Shown here piece after piece: positions 1 through 8,286 of a stretch of 64,000 nucleotides of DNA. Made by a program: the position numbers and the translations under genes. The first letter of the stretch is position 1, and each line of letters starts with the position of its first letter. A model generated the notes under the pieces. The model was given only the letters and a program-made list of their open reading frames with translations, ran no database searches and had not been told where the DNA came from. The stretch is from Dehalococcoidia bacterium (GTDB taxonomy: Bacteria; Chloroflexota; Dehalococcoidia; Dehalococcoidales; W498), in the NCBI GenBank assembly GCA_011191875.1, contig DUFC01000031.1, forward strand, positions 42,879 through 106,878. Reading direction: 5' to 3'.

Positions 1-1
1 T

Positions 2-2641
2 GAACTCTGTCATCAGAGTTTACAGCAACACTACCCTCAGCCTAGCCCAGAAATACAAGAGCGACTCAACCATGAACTGGAGGTAATAAAACAGACCCAA
101 TTCGCCAACTACTTCCTTGTTGTCTGGGACATTATCTCCTTTGCCAAGGAGCACAACATTCTGTTCGGGGTTAGAGGTAGTGCTGCTGCCAGCATTGTCC
201 TTCACTGCTTGGGTATCACCGAGGTTGACCCTATTGAAAATAAGCTGGTCTTCGAGCGCTTCCTTAATGTGGAGCGCCAAGAGATGCCAGATATAGATTT
301 GGATTTTCAGGATGACCGCCGTGATGAAATCATCTCTTATGTATCACAGAAATACGGACACGACCATGTCGCCCAGATAATTACCTTCGGCACATTAGGC
401 GCCAGGGCTGCCCTCAGGGATGTGGGGCGAGCCCTGGGTATGCCCTATAGTGATGTTGACCGCATAGCCAGGCTGGTCCCGTTTGCGCCAAGTATGACCC
501 TGGAAAGAGCACTGAGCGAGAATAACGAGCTGCGCAATATCTACTATGATGATGCCACAGTTCACAATCTGGTTGATTCAGCCAAGAGGATAGAAGGTAT
601 TGCTCGTCATGCCAGCACTCATGCCGCTGGTGTAGTCATATCCAAAGAGCCTCTCACCAGATATGTCCCGCTACAGCAGGTAAGCAAGGGTAATGGCGAG
701 GCAACGGTTATGACCCAGTTCACTATGGATGATATTGCCCGGATTGGACTACTTAAGTTGGACTTCCTCGGATTGGCTAACCTCACCATTCTGGGCAAAG
801 CCAAGGAGATTATCCTTGATAACCGTAGCATAGATATTGACCTGCACCGTATTCCGATGGATGATGCCAAGACCTTTGAGCTACTCTCCTCAGGAGAAAC
901 GGCTGGTGTGTTTCAGTTAGAGGGGGCTGGCATGCGCCGCAATATCAAGGAGCTTAAACCAACCTCCTTCAGCGATATCTCAGCCATGATTGCCCTGTAT
1001 CGCCCTGGTCCTATGGAGCACATCCCTACCTTCATCAAAGCCAAGCATGGCATTGAGCCCATCCGTTATCCCCACCCAACATTATCAAGCCTCCTTGAGG
1101 AAACCTACGGAGTGATTGTGTATCAGGAACAGGTGCTATTTATTGTCCAGGCTCTCGCTGGCTACAGCTTGGGAGAAGCTGACATTTTCCGCAAGGCAAT
1201 GGGTAAGAAGATTCCTGAGGTTATGAAGAAAGAAAGGCGTAACTTCGTTGCTCGAGCTAAGAAGAACGGATTCTCGGCTGAGGTAGCCGCTGAGGTCTTC
1301 GACCTTATTGAGCCTTTCGCCGGCTACGCCTTCAATAAGGCTCATAGTGTAAGTTATGCCCTCATTGCCTATCAAACTGCCTATCTTAAGGCAAACTACC
1401 CGGCAGAATATATCACCGCTTTCCTGATTACCAATGCTGGTCAGTCAGAGAAAGTAGCTACTGCGGTTGCCGAATGCCGGCGCTTGGGCATTACCGTGCT
1501 GCCACCGGATATAAACCGCAGCCAAGCCAGCTTCTCTATAGAAAGGGAGGCTAAAGGCAACGCTTCAGCCATTCGCTTCGGGCTAACTGCCATTAAGAAC
1601 ATTGGGCTTGGGGCTATAGAGCCTATCATTGCCGAGCGCAATAAGGAAAGCGAATTCAAATCCATAGAAGACCTGTGCCGCAGTGCCGACCTGCGCGGTG
1701 TGAACAAGCGAGTGCTAGAAAGCCTGATTAAGGCCGGAGCCCTTGATTCCCTGGGTAGCCGCGGCACTCTACTTCATAACACTAATCGTATCCTATCTCT
1801 AGCTCAGCGGGAGCAGCATCTCCGAGAAACAGGGCAGTCTACCATGTTCGACCTGTGGGGTGAGGCAACACCAGCTCCTCTGCCTAGCCTTGACCTTGAG
1901 GTAGCCGACATCCCTACCAAGGAGAAGCTAGCCTGGGAGAAGGAGCTATTAGGAGTATACCTCTCTGAGCACCCCTTCAACTCATTTGCCAGTAATATGA
2001 CATTAGAGACCACCCTATGTGGTCAAATTGATGCCGAGCTGGCAGGGCAGACTGTTATCGTGGCTGGAATGGTAACCTCGGTTCGCCAGCTATTTACCAG
2101 AGACAGACACCTTTTTGCCAGCGCCATTTTGGAAGACCTCGATGGTAGTATTGAAGTTATGGTCTGGCCTAATGTCTATGCCAGCACTAAAGAGCTATGG
2201 GAGGAAGGTAATATACTACTGGTTGAAGGTAAGGTAAGGCTAAGAGACGACCGAGTGCAGATAAACTGTGATTCTGTGCGCCATTACCAACCACAAGCCA
2301 CCCAAGGTGAAGAGGTTGTTACCTCTCCACCCGGTAAAGCACCGGTGGTAGTTGAGGAAACCACAACCTACACGGCACCAGTCAAGGTTCACCAACTGGT
2401 GATAAGCATCACTCAGACTAATAATGAGGCTAGTGATACAGCCTATCTGCATAAATTGATTGATACCCTTAAAGACTTCCCGGGACAGGATGAAGTAAGC
2501 CTGCGTGTTACCAATGAGGAAAAGGTTATCAACCTCAAGTTGTCCAATATCACCACTAATTACTGCTCTGAACTCCACCAGCAGCTGGTAGAGCTGGTAG
2601 GAGAAGACGGGCTGGGGCTGGAATCAGCCAATGATATTTGA
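2..2641 (+). CDS. dnaE: DNA polymerase III alpha subunit DnaE, C-terminal ~880 aa (5' end outside window)
   Basis: The frame of the listed 209..2641 ORF stays open back to base 2 (ELCHQSLQQ...FANYFLVVWDIISFAKEHNILFGVRGSAAASIV). Polymerase-core motifs are present (GVFQLEG, YRPGPM, FNKAHSVSYA), plus an OB-fold region and a ~130-aa C-terminal extension. Confidence 0.95.
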   Translation, partial: ELCHQSLQQHYPQPSPEIQERLNHELEVIKQTQFANYFLVVWDIISFAKEHNILFGVRGSAAASIVLHCLGITEVDPIENKLVFERFLNVERQEMPDIDLDFQDDRRDEIISYVSQKYGHDHVAQIITFGTLGARAALRDVGRALGMPYSDVDRIARLVPFAPSMTLERALSENNELRNIYYDDATVHNLVDSAKRIEGIARHASTHAAGVVISKEPLTRYVPLQQVSKGNGEATVMTQFTMDDIARIGLLKLDFLGLANLTILGKAKEIILDNRSIDIDLHRIPMDDAKTFELLSSGETAGVFQLEGAGMRRNIKELKPTSFSDISAMIALYRPGPMEHIPTFIKAKHGIEPIRYPHPTLSSLLEETYGVIVYQEQVLFIVQALAGYSLGEADIFRKAMGKKIPEVMKKERRNFVARAKKNGFSAEVAAEVFDLIEPFAGYAFNKAHSVSYALIAYQTAYLKANYPAEYITAFLITNAGQSEKVATAVAECRRLGITVLPPDINRSQASFSIEREAKGNASAIRFGLTAIKNIGLGAIEPIIAERNKESEFKSIEDLCRSADLRGVNKRVLESLIKAGALDSLGSRGTLLHNTNRILSLAQREQHLRETGQSTMFDLWGEATPAPLPSLDLEVADIPTKEKLAWEKELLGVYLSEHPFNSFASNMTLETTLCGQIDAELAGQTVIVAGMVTSVRQLFTRDRHLFASAILEDLDGSIEVMVWPNVYASTKELWEEGNILLVEGKVRLRDDRVQINCDSVRHYQPQATQGEEVVTSPPGKAPVVVEETTTYTAPVKVHQLVISITQTNNEASDTAYLHKLIDTLKDFPGQDEVSLRVTNEEKVINLKLSNITTNYCSELHQQLVELVGEDGLGLESANDI

Positions 2642-2769
2642 ATAAGTTACACTATTTGCACCTTCACGCTCTGTCTCCAAATTTGTTATTGCCCGCTCCC
2701 CAGCATGTTGGTCATTGATATATCGTTACCTTCCAAATGTAATAAAGTAAAAAGGAGCTTATTTATCAA

Positions 2770-2910
2770 CCCCGTTAGATTTCCTAACGGGGTCAACCTC
2801 ACCCCCTTTATTCCCCCTCTCCTCTCAAGGAGAGGGGGAATAGATTTTAGAGAGGGCGAAGCCCCTCGCTTACCTACACTCCCCCCTTCCCTTAATAAGG
2901 GAAAGGGGCC
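2770..2910. repeat. Cluster of four consecutive G/C-tract hairpins
   Basis: CCCCGTTAG/CTAACGGGG (2770-2792) and TTCCCCCTCTCC/GGAGAGGGGGAA, a 12-bp perfect stem (2811-2840). Then GAGGGC..GCCCCTC (about 2852-2868) and CCCCTTCCCTT/AAGGGAAAGGGG (about 2883-2910). The listed ORFs on both strands here (2686..3081, 2705..2920) are artefacts of this element. Confidence 0.65.
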
Positions 2911-3059
2911 AGGGAGATAGGTTGCTAAGTAGTCTCTTAAGAGGATCGACTCAAAGTAAGACATCCAAAGAGAGAAATAAGCTATCTGCGGTGAGCTATA
3001 GAAATAGCTTCGCATATACCTATAATAGTCTAGAAACCTTTGTTCCTTAGTGCTAGAAT

Positions 3060-3803
3060 ATGAAAAAAGGGGAACAGCCAAAGATGCCCTCTAACGGCAA
3101 ACCAGAAGGACATAGAAAAAGATTACGGGAGAAGTTCATTAAGTCAGGTCTGGCTGGCTTCCACGACTATGAAATTGTTGAATTACTCCTGAGCCTGGGC
3201 ACACCGCGCAAGGATTGCAAACAGCAGGCAAAAGAAGCCATTAAAAAATTTAAAACCCTGCGCGGGGTGCTGGAGGCTCCCCCTGAAGAGCTACAGCAAA
3301 TAGAAGGCATTGGCTCTCACAGTGCCTTTGGTATCAAGCTGGTGCAGGAAGTAGCCCGGGAGTTTCTTAAAGAGAAAATTATTGATAAGCCCATTTATAA
3401 ATCCTCCCAGGAGATTTTTGATTATCTCTACCACTCAATGCGAGACCTCAAGAAAGAAGTATTCAAGGTTATGTATCTAAATAGCCAGAACCAGATTATT
3501 GAAACAGAAAGCCTCTTTGAAGGAACAATAAATAGCAGCTCCATCTCCCCCCGTGAGGTTATAGAAAGTGCCATTAAATATAACGCCGCCTCGCTGATTT
3601 TTATTCATAACCACCCTTCAGGCAACCCTGAGCCCAGCCAGAGTGATAAGGAAATAACTAGAGACTTGGTCTACACCGGAAGCATTATGCGGATTAGGGT
3701 CTTAGACCATATTATAATAGGCAATAATAGATACTTTAGCTTCGCCGGGGATGGACTAATTGAGGAATACGAACTGGATTTCCTAAACCTGAAAGTAAGA
3801 TGA
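3060..3803 (+). CDS. radC: RadC-family JAB/MPN domain protein
   Basis: 247-aa ORF with the C-terminal motif HNHPSGNPEPSQSD and an N-terminal HhH-like region (LLSLGTPRKD...) typical of RadC. The start could instead be the ATG at 3084. Confidence 0.88.
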   Translation: MKKGEQPKMPSNGKPEGHRKRLREKFIKSGLAGFHDYEIVELLLSLGTPRKDCKQQAKEAIKKFKTLRGVLEAPPEELQQIEGIGSHSAFGIKLVQEVAREFLKEKIIDKPIYKSSQEIFDYLYHSMRDLKKEVFKVMYLNSQNQIIETESLFEGTINSSSISPREVIESAIKYNAASLIFIHNHPSGNPEPSQSDKEITRDLVYTGSIMRIRVLDHIIIGNNRYFSFAGDGLIEEYELDFLNLKVR

Positions 3804-3920
3804 ACTTCTGAGGGTAAGCGAAGACTGTGCGTGGCTAAGCTATTTAACCCCAAGCTTTATTGATACCTATAGCCACAGCCGAGCAATAATTGTCTCATTG
3901 AGTTAATTTGACCAAACCTC

Positions 3921-3950
3921 TTGACATTTGTCTCTGGACTATAGTATACA
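3921..3950 (+). promoter_or_regulatory. Candidate sigma70-type promoter upstream of the response-regulator cluster
   Basis: TTGACA at 3921-3926, with TATACA after an 18-nt spacer (several alternative -10 registers exist). About 60 nt upstream of the GTG start at 4012. Confidence 0.35.
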
Positions 3951-3970
3951 TTAAAGGAAAACAATAACCA

Positions 3971-3982
3971 ATTGTCGACAAT
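3971..3982. promoter_or_regulatory. Perfect 12-bp palindrome ATTGTCGACAAT between promoter and start codon (possible operator)
   Basis: Read directly. It lies between the candidate promoter and the 4012 start. Confidence 0.3.
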
Positions 3983-4011
3983 AATAGACTATAACAGGAA
4001 AAACCTAACAA

Positions 4012-4971
4012 GTGGTTAGCCAAAAGCCAAGAGTACTAGTCATTGATGATGAACAGGTGGTGTGTGATGTTCTCTATGATGAACTAAGTGAGCGGGGCTA
4101 TTTATGCACTACCGTTCTCAGCGGTGATGACGCTCTGGACAAACTGAGCACCGAGGACTTTCAGGTGGTTTTGTTGGATATCAGGCTACCTGGAATGTCT
4201 GGTATGGAATTGTTAAGCAGAATAAGGCCGGAGCATCCCAATACCTCAATAATCATGATAACCGGTGTCTGTAACGCTGATACCATGGTTGAGGCTTTCA
4301 GGCTTGGGGCTTTGCATTATGTCATGAAACCACTCGACCTCAACGAATTAAGTGCTACCATACGACTAGCCTTAGAGACCAAAGAAGATTCACTGGAAAG
4401 AAAGGACTATTTCGAGGAACTGGTTGCTAAGGTTACCGCCCTGGAAAAGAATAATAAATACACTAGCGGGCATTCACAAAGGGTAGTTGAAATATCAGTT
4501 TCGCTAGCTCAGCAGTTAGACTTGCCGCAGAGTGATATTGATAAGATAGAGATAGCCGCGTTAGTCCATGATATCGGCATGATAGGAGTCAGTGAATCCA
4601 TTCCACTTGTGCAAGGTAAGCTAGACTGGCGGCTGTTTCAGCGTATAGTACACCACTGTAAAGCGGGAGAGCGCATCCTAGCTCATGTTGTGAAAGATAA
4701 CAAAATCCTGAGCATGGTCAGGCATCATCACGAGCGATATGATGGCGGCGGTTATCCGGATGGCTTATGCGGCGATGCCATACCGCTAGGTGCCAGAATT
4801 CTGGCAGTAGCTGAAGCCTACGATGCAATGACGTCCCAACGTCCCCACCGGGCTGCGATGAGTTCTAAAGTAGCTTATGCTGAAATAGAACGCTGCAAGA
4901 GCAGCCAATTCGACCCTGAGGTGGCTGATGCCTTTCTTAGAATAAATATAATACCCTCTAAAAGACGGTAG
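4012..4971 (+). CDS. Response regulator with HD-GYP output domain (probable c-di-GMP phosphodiesterase)
   Basis: 319 aa with a GTG start. The receiver carries DDEQ, LLDIRLPGMSG and MKPL. The HD-GYP domain carries HSQRV, HDIG and HHERYDGGGYPDGL. Confidence 0.85.
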   Translation: MVSQKPRVLVIDDEQVVCDVLYDELSERGYLCTTVLSGDDALDKLSTEDFQVVLLDIRLPGMSGMELLSRIRPEHPNTSIIMITGVCNADTMVEAFRLGALHYVMKPLDLNELSATIRLALETKEDSLERKDYFEELVAKVTALEKNNKYTSGHSQRVVEISVSLAQQLDLPQSDIDKIEIAALVHDIGMIGVSESIPLVQGKLDWRLFQRIVHHCKAGERILAHVVKDNKILSMVRHHHERYDGGGYPDGLCGDAIPLGARILAVAEAYDAMTSQRPHRAAMSSKVAYAEIERCKSSQFDPEVADAFLRINIIPSKRR

Positions 4972-5020
4972 CTATCCGTTTCCCCCAGATATGGTTAAGG
5001 AAAGTAAGGAGGTATAAATA

Positions 5021-5695
5021 ATGTCCGATAAGTCAAAAATACTGGTCGTTGACGATGAACAGGTGGTGTGTGATATTCTCCATGACGAACTGAGTGAGCG
5101 GGGCTATCTATGCGCTACAGTTCTCAGCGGTGATGACGCTCTCGCCAAACTGAGCAACGGGGACTTTCAGGTAGTTTTGCTGGATATTAGGTTACCTGGA
5201 ATGTCCGGTATGGAGGTATTACAAGAGATATGGTTAGAGCATGACAATACGGCAACTATTATGATAACTGCCGTTGACGATGTTGATACTGCTGTTGAGG
5301 CTATGAAATTGGGGGCTTCAGACTATCTGGTCAAACCATTTGACCTGGATAGAGTAGATGCCAGTATACGCATCGCTTTGGAGACCAAGCCGGCTATTAT
5401 TAAATCCTCTAATGAAATAGATACTATCGCCTTTGGTGTGGAGGCACGACTTGACTCACTTTTTGGTTATTCAAGGATAGCGACCCAAGAAACCATTGAT
5501 ATTGCCCGGAAGCTTGGTATAGCTGATGGGGAAATTCAAGAGTGGGCAGCGGCCAGAGCAACGCTGTATTCTGATAGGGACAGGGTAATCAAATCCTCAC
5601 TCAACAAACTTGAGCGCAGTCCGCTTACCCAGAGCATAATGGGTATAACCGAGATACATCTACACTCACTAAAGTCCAACGAGTCCCAGAATTGA
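5021..5695 (+). CDS. Response regulator paralog with a short, apparently degenerate HD-GYP-derived C-terminal region
   Basis: 224 aa with AAGGAGG upstream of the ATG. The receiver is nearly identical to the upstream gene. The C-terminal stretch YSRIATQETIDIARKLGIADGEIQEWAAARATLYSD aligns by eye with HSQRVVEISVSLAQQLDLPQSDIDKIEIAALVHDIG, but H becomes Y, HD becomes SD and the rest is missing. Confidence 0.7.
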   Translation: MSDKSKILVVDDEQVVCDILHDELSERGYLCATVLSGDDALAKLSNGDFQVVLLDIRLPGMSGMEVLQEIWLEHDNTATIMITAVDDVDTAVEAMKLGASDYLVKPFDLDRVDASIRIALETKPAIIKSSNEIDTIAFGVEARLDSLFGYSRIATQETIDIARKLGIADGEIQEWAAARATLYSDRDRVIKSSLNKLERSPLTQSIMGITEIHLHSLKSNESQN

Positions 5696-5711
5696 CGATA
5701 AGGAAGGCAAT

Positions 5712-6254
5712 ATGTCAGAACTTATGACTGTTAAGGAAGTGGCTACGTATTTGCGGGTCACCAAGAAGACTATATATAGGCTACTTAGACAAGGCAAAAT
5801 CCCAGCAACCAAAGTAGGACATCAGTGGAGATTTGAGAAAACAACAATTGATGAGTGGTTACATCGCAGCTCAGTAGGAGCCAAGGCAAACATCCTTGTA
5901 ATTGATGACGAGGAGATGATTCGGTTACTATTTAAGGAGACGTTAGAGGAATTGGGGCACAGAGTGATAACCACCGAGACTGGTTTTAAAGGGTTAGAAC
6001 TGGTGAAAGAAAAGGATTTTGACCTGGTTTTTATTGACCTTAAAATACCGAGAATGGTTGGTGACGATCTCTTTGGCCGGATAAAAGCTATCAAGCCCAG
6101 ATTACCGGTAACTATCATAACTGGCTATCCTGATAGTGGCATGATGAAGCGGGCTCTGGCTCAGGGTCCTTTCGGGGTGATGAATAAGCCTTTTAATGAG
6201 TCTGACATCGTGGCAGCAGTCAATAACTTTCTGCATATCACTCAGAAGAGGTGA
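5712..6254 (+). CDS. DNA-binding response regulator with reversed architecture (N-terminal excisionase/MerR-type HTH, C-terminal receiver)
   Basis: 180 aa. The HTH is MTVKEVATYLRVTKKTIYRLLRQGKIPATKVGHQWRF. It is followed by a complete receiver (VIDDEE, VFIDLKIP, IITGY, MNKPF). Confidence 0.8.
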   Translation: MSELMTVKEVATYLRVTKKTIYRLLRQGKIPATKVGHQWRFEKTTIDEWLHRSSVGAKANILVIDDEEMIRLLFKETLEELGHRVITTETGFKGLELVKEKDFDLVFIDLKIPRMVGDDLFGRIKAIKPRLPVTIITGYPDSGMMKRALAQGPFGVMNKPFNESDIVAAVNNFLHITQKR

Positions 6255-6282
6255 ACTCTTAAAAAAGGACGAGAGTTGCATT

Positions 6283-8058
6283 ATGATACCAGACAAAGAT
6301 AAGACAAAAGAGCAACTCGTAGATGAGATGGCAGTGTTGTGCCAACGAATTGCTGAACTCGAAATATTAGAAACCAAGCGCAAGTGGGCGGAGCAGAGGC
6401 TAGAACATCTCAACGCTGTGTTGCGTACCATCCGTAAAGTTAACCAGCTCATTGCCAGGGAAAAGGACCCCGACAGGCTGCTTGAAAGCATCTGCGACAG
6501 CTTCATTATAACCCGCGGTTACTATAACATCTGGATTGCTCTGCTCGATGAGTCACAAAGGCTCTTGGTGACTGCTGAAGCCGGTTTGGGTAAAGCTTTC
6601 TTGCCAATGGTTAAACGGCTGAAGCGTGGTGAGTTGACCATTTGCGGGCAGAGGGCACTGCTACAATCAGACGTTGTCGTAACCGAAGACCCATTTTCAT
6701 CCTGTACTGACTGCCCACTGGCGAATAAGTACAGTGGTAGAGGGGCGTTAACTATCCGCTTGGAACACGGCGGAAAGGTCTATGGACTATTATCTGCCTC
6801 TATCCCCGCCGCTCTCATCGCAGACGAGGAAGAACAAGCCTTGTTCCAAGAAATCGCCAAGGATATCACTCTCGCCTTGCATGACATAGAATTTGAGGAG
6901 GAATACAAGCAAGCGGAGGAGGAAATACAAATCCAAAGAGCACGTTTTGAATCTATATTTGAGCGTTCCCTTGAAGGCATAGTAACTCTCGATATAAATA
7001 ACAACATCCTAGAGGCAAATACGGGATTTGAGAATATTTTCGGGTATAAGCGTAAAGAAATTATAGGAAAGCGTCTCGATGACCTCATAGTGCCCGAACG
7101 CTTTTATTCTACGGAAGCCAAAGAACTCGATAAAATGGCTTTGGATGGAATCCTTAGCAACGAGACAATTAGGAAAAGGAAAGACGGAACAGAAATAAAT
7201 GTTTCTATGTCTGCGGGACCAATAGAAACAGGTGAAGAGATTGGAGGACTCTTTGTAATTTTCCGTGATATTACCGAGCGGAAGCAGGCAGAGGAGAGAG
7301 AGAAGCAGCTACAACAAGAGCTTTATCTGTCCAGCCGGTTAGCCTCTATTGGCGAGTTGTCTGCCGGTGTTGCCCACGAGATAAATAACCCTCTCACCGG
7401 TATACTGGGATTTTCTCAACGCCTGTTGAGAAAAAGTACTGACGAGAAAGTCAAGCAGGATTTAGAAAGGATACATAATGAAGCTCTGCGGGCGGCCAAG
7501 GTGGTGGAGAATCTCCTTGCCTTTGCCCGTCAGACTAAGCCAATGAGGGAACATTTAGACATAAATGATATTGTGCAAAAGACTCTGGAGCTAAGGGCTT
7601 ACGAACTAAAAACGGGTAATATTAAAGTTGCATTAGACCTCGCCCCTAGCCTCCCCAAGATAATAGTCGATTCTCATCAGATGCAGGAGGTCTTTTTGAA
7701 CATCATTCTCAATGCTGAGCAGACTATGACTGAGGCCAGCCGCGGGGGAAAGCTCACTATTAAAACCCAAGAGACGAAAGGCTATATAAGAATTTCGTTT
7801 GGCGATGATGGTCCCGGGATTGCAGCCGAACACCTGGACAAGCTCTTCGACCCCTTCTTCACCACCAGAGGGGAAAACGGTGGTACCGGCTTGGGGCTAA
7901 GTGTCTGTCATGGTATTGTGGTAGAGCATGGTGGCAAGATGATTGCCAGAAGCAAACCGGGAAGAGGAGCCACTTTCTTTGTTGAATTGCCCACTGCAAC
8001 TGAAGAGATAGACGAGAGCAAGATTATATACAGACAGCCCGTCCGCGGGAGTAAATAA
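6283..8058 (+). CDS. Soluble sensor histidine kinase (coiled coil, GAF-like, PAS, HisKA, HATPase_c)
   Basis: The ORF track start 6196 overlaps the previous gene, so I prefer the in-frame ATG at 6283 (MIPDKDK). The H-box is SAGVAHEINNPL and the G-boxes are GDDGPGI and GGTGLGLS. A PAS region (FESIFERSLEGIVTLD...FRDITERK) and a GAF-like region with a CTDC pair are present. No TM helices are evident. Confidence 0.85.
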   Translation: MIPDKDKTKEQLVDEMAVLCQRIAELEILETKRKWAEQRLEHLNAVLRTIRKVNQLIAREKDPDRLLESICDSFIITRGYYNIWIALLDESQRLLVTAEAGLGKAFLPMVKRLKRGELTICGQRALLQSDVVVTEDPFSSCTDCPLANKYSGRGALTIRLEHGGKVYGLLSASIPAALIADEEEQALFQEIAKDITLALHDIEFEEEYKQAEEEIQIQRARFESIFERSLEGIVTLDINNNILEANTGFENIFGYKRKEIIGKRLDDLIVPERFYSTEAKELDKMALDGILSNETIRKRKDGTEINVSMSAGPIETGEEIGGLFVIFRDITERKQAEEREKQLQQELYLSSRLASIGELSAGVAHEINNPLTGILGFSQRLLRKSTDEKVKQDLERIHNEALRAAKVVENLLAFARQTKPMREHLDINDIVQKTLELRAYELKTGNIKVALDLAPSLPKIIVDSHQMQEVFLNIILNAEQTMTEASRGGKLTIKTQETKGYIRISFGDDGPGIAAEHLDKLFDPFFTTRGENGGTGLGLSVCHGIVVEHGGKMIARSKPGRGATFFVELPTATEEIDESKIIYRQPVRGSK

Positions 8059-8076
8059 GTACATCCACCTTTCCTT

Positions 8077-8133
8077 GTCATTGCAGTGAGCCGAAGCCCT
8101 GAGTGTAGCGAAGGGGAAGCGAAGCAATGTCAT
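8077..8133 (+). repeat. Interspersed repeat, type A (GTCATTGC...GAAGCAAT), copy 1
   Basis: gtcattgcagtgagccgaagccctgagtgtagcgaaggggaagcgaagcaatgtcat. It matches the reverse complement of 10523-10585 with about 5 mismatches and one 11-nt indel (manual alignment). Confidence 0.8.
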
Positions 8134-8150
8134 GGTTGTCCCCCTCCTCC

Positions 8151-8195
8151 GGGATTGCTTGGTCGTCCTTCCGCTGAAGGACCCCTCACAAAGAC
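8151..8195 (+). repeat. Interspersed repeat, type B (GATTGCTT..TCCTTCC-N-GAAGGA..), copy 1
   Basis: gggattgcttggtcgtccttccgctgaaggacccctcacaaagac aligns with 31171-31215 at about three quarters of positions. It contains a GTCCTTC/GAAGGAC hairpin. Confidence 0.65.
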
Positions 8196-8231
8196 AAGAG
8201 GAAGAAGCTTCTCACAAGGACGAAAAGGAAT

Positions 8232-8280
8232 GTCATTGCTCCTTCAAAGAAGGACTCGGTAGAAGGACGTGGCAATCTCT
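8232..8280 (+). repeat. Related GTCATTGC...GGCAAT hairpin repeat (TCCTTC/GAAGGA core)
   Basis: gtcattgctccttcaaagaaggactcggtagaaggacgtggcaatctc shares the GTCATTGC end and the TCCTTC..GAAGGA core with the other copies. Confidence 0.55.
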
Positions 8281-8286
8281 CACAGT

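Noticed and set aside
2686-3081. 131-aa (minus) and 71-aa (plus) ORFs between dnaE and radC
   Set aside because: Both are read straight through the G/C-tract hairpin cluster, giving mirror-image P/L/S/R/G-rich peptides on both strands. They are repeat artefacts rather than genes.
6196-6282. Upstream extension of the histidine kinase ORF overlapping the preceding regulator by 59 nt
   Set aside because: The extension encodes non-conserved-looking sequence (MSLTSWQQSITFCISLRRGELL...) inside the previous gene. The in-frame ATG at 6283 begins right after that gene's stop.
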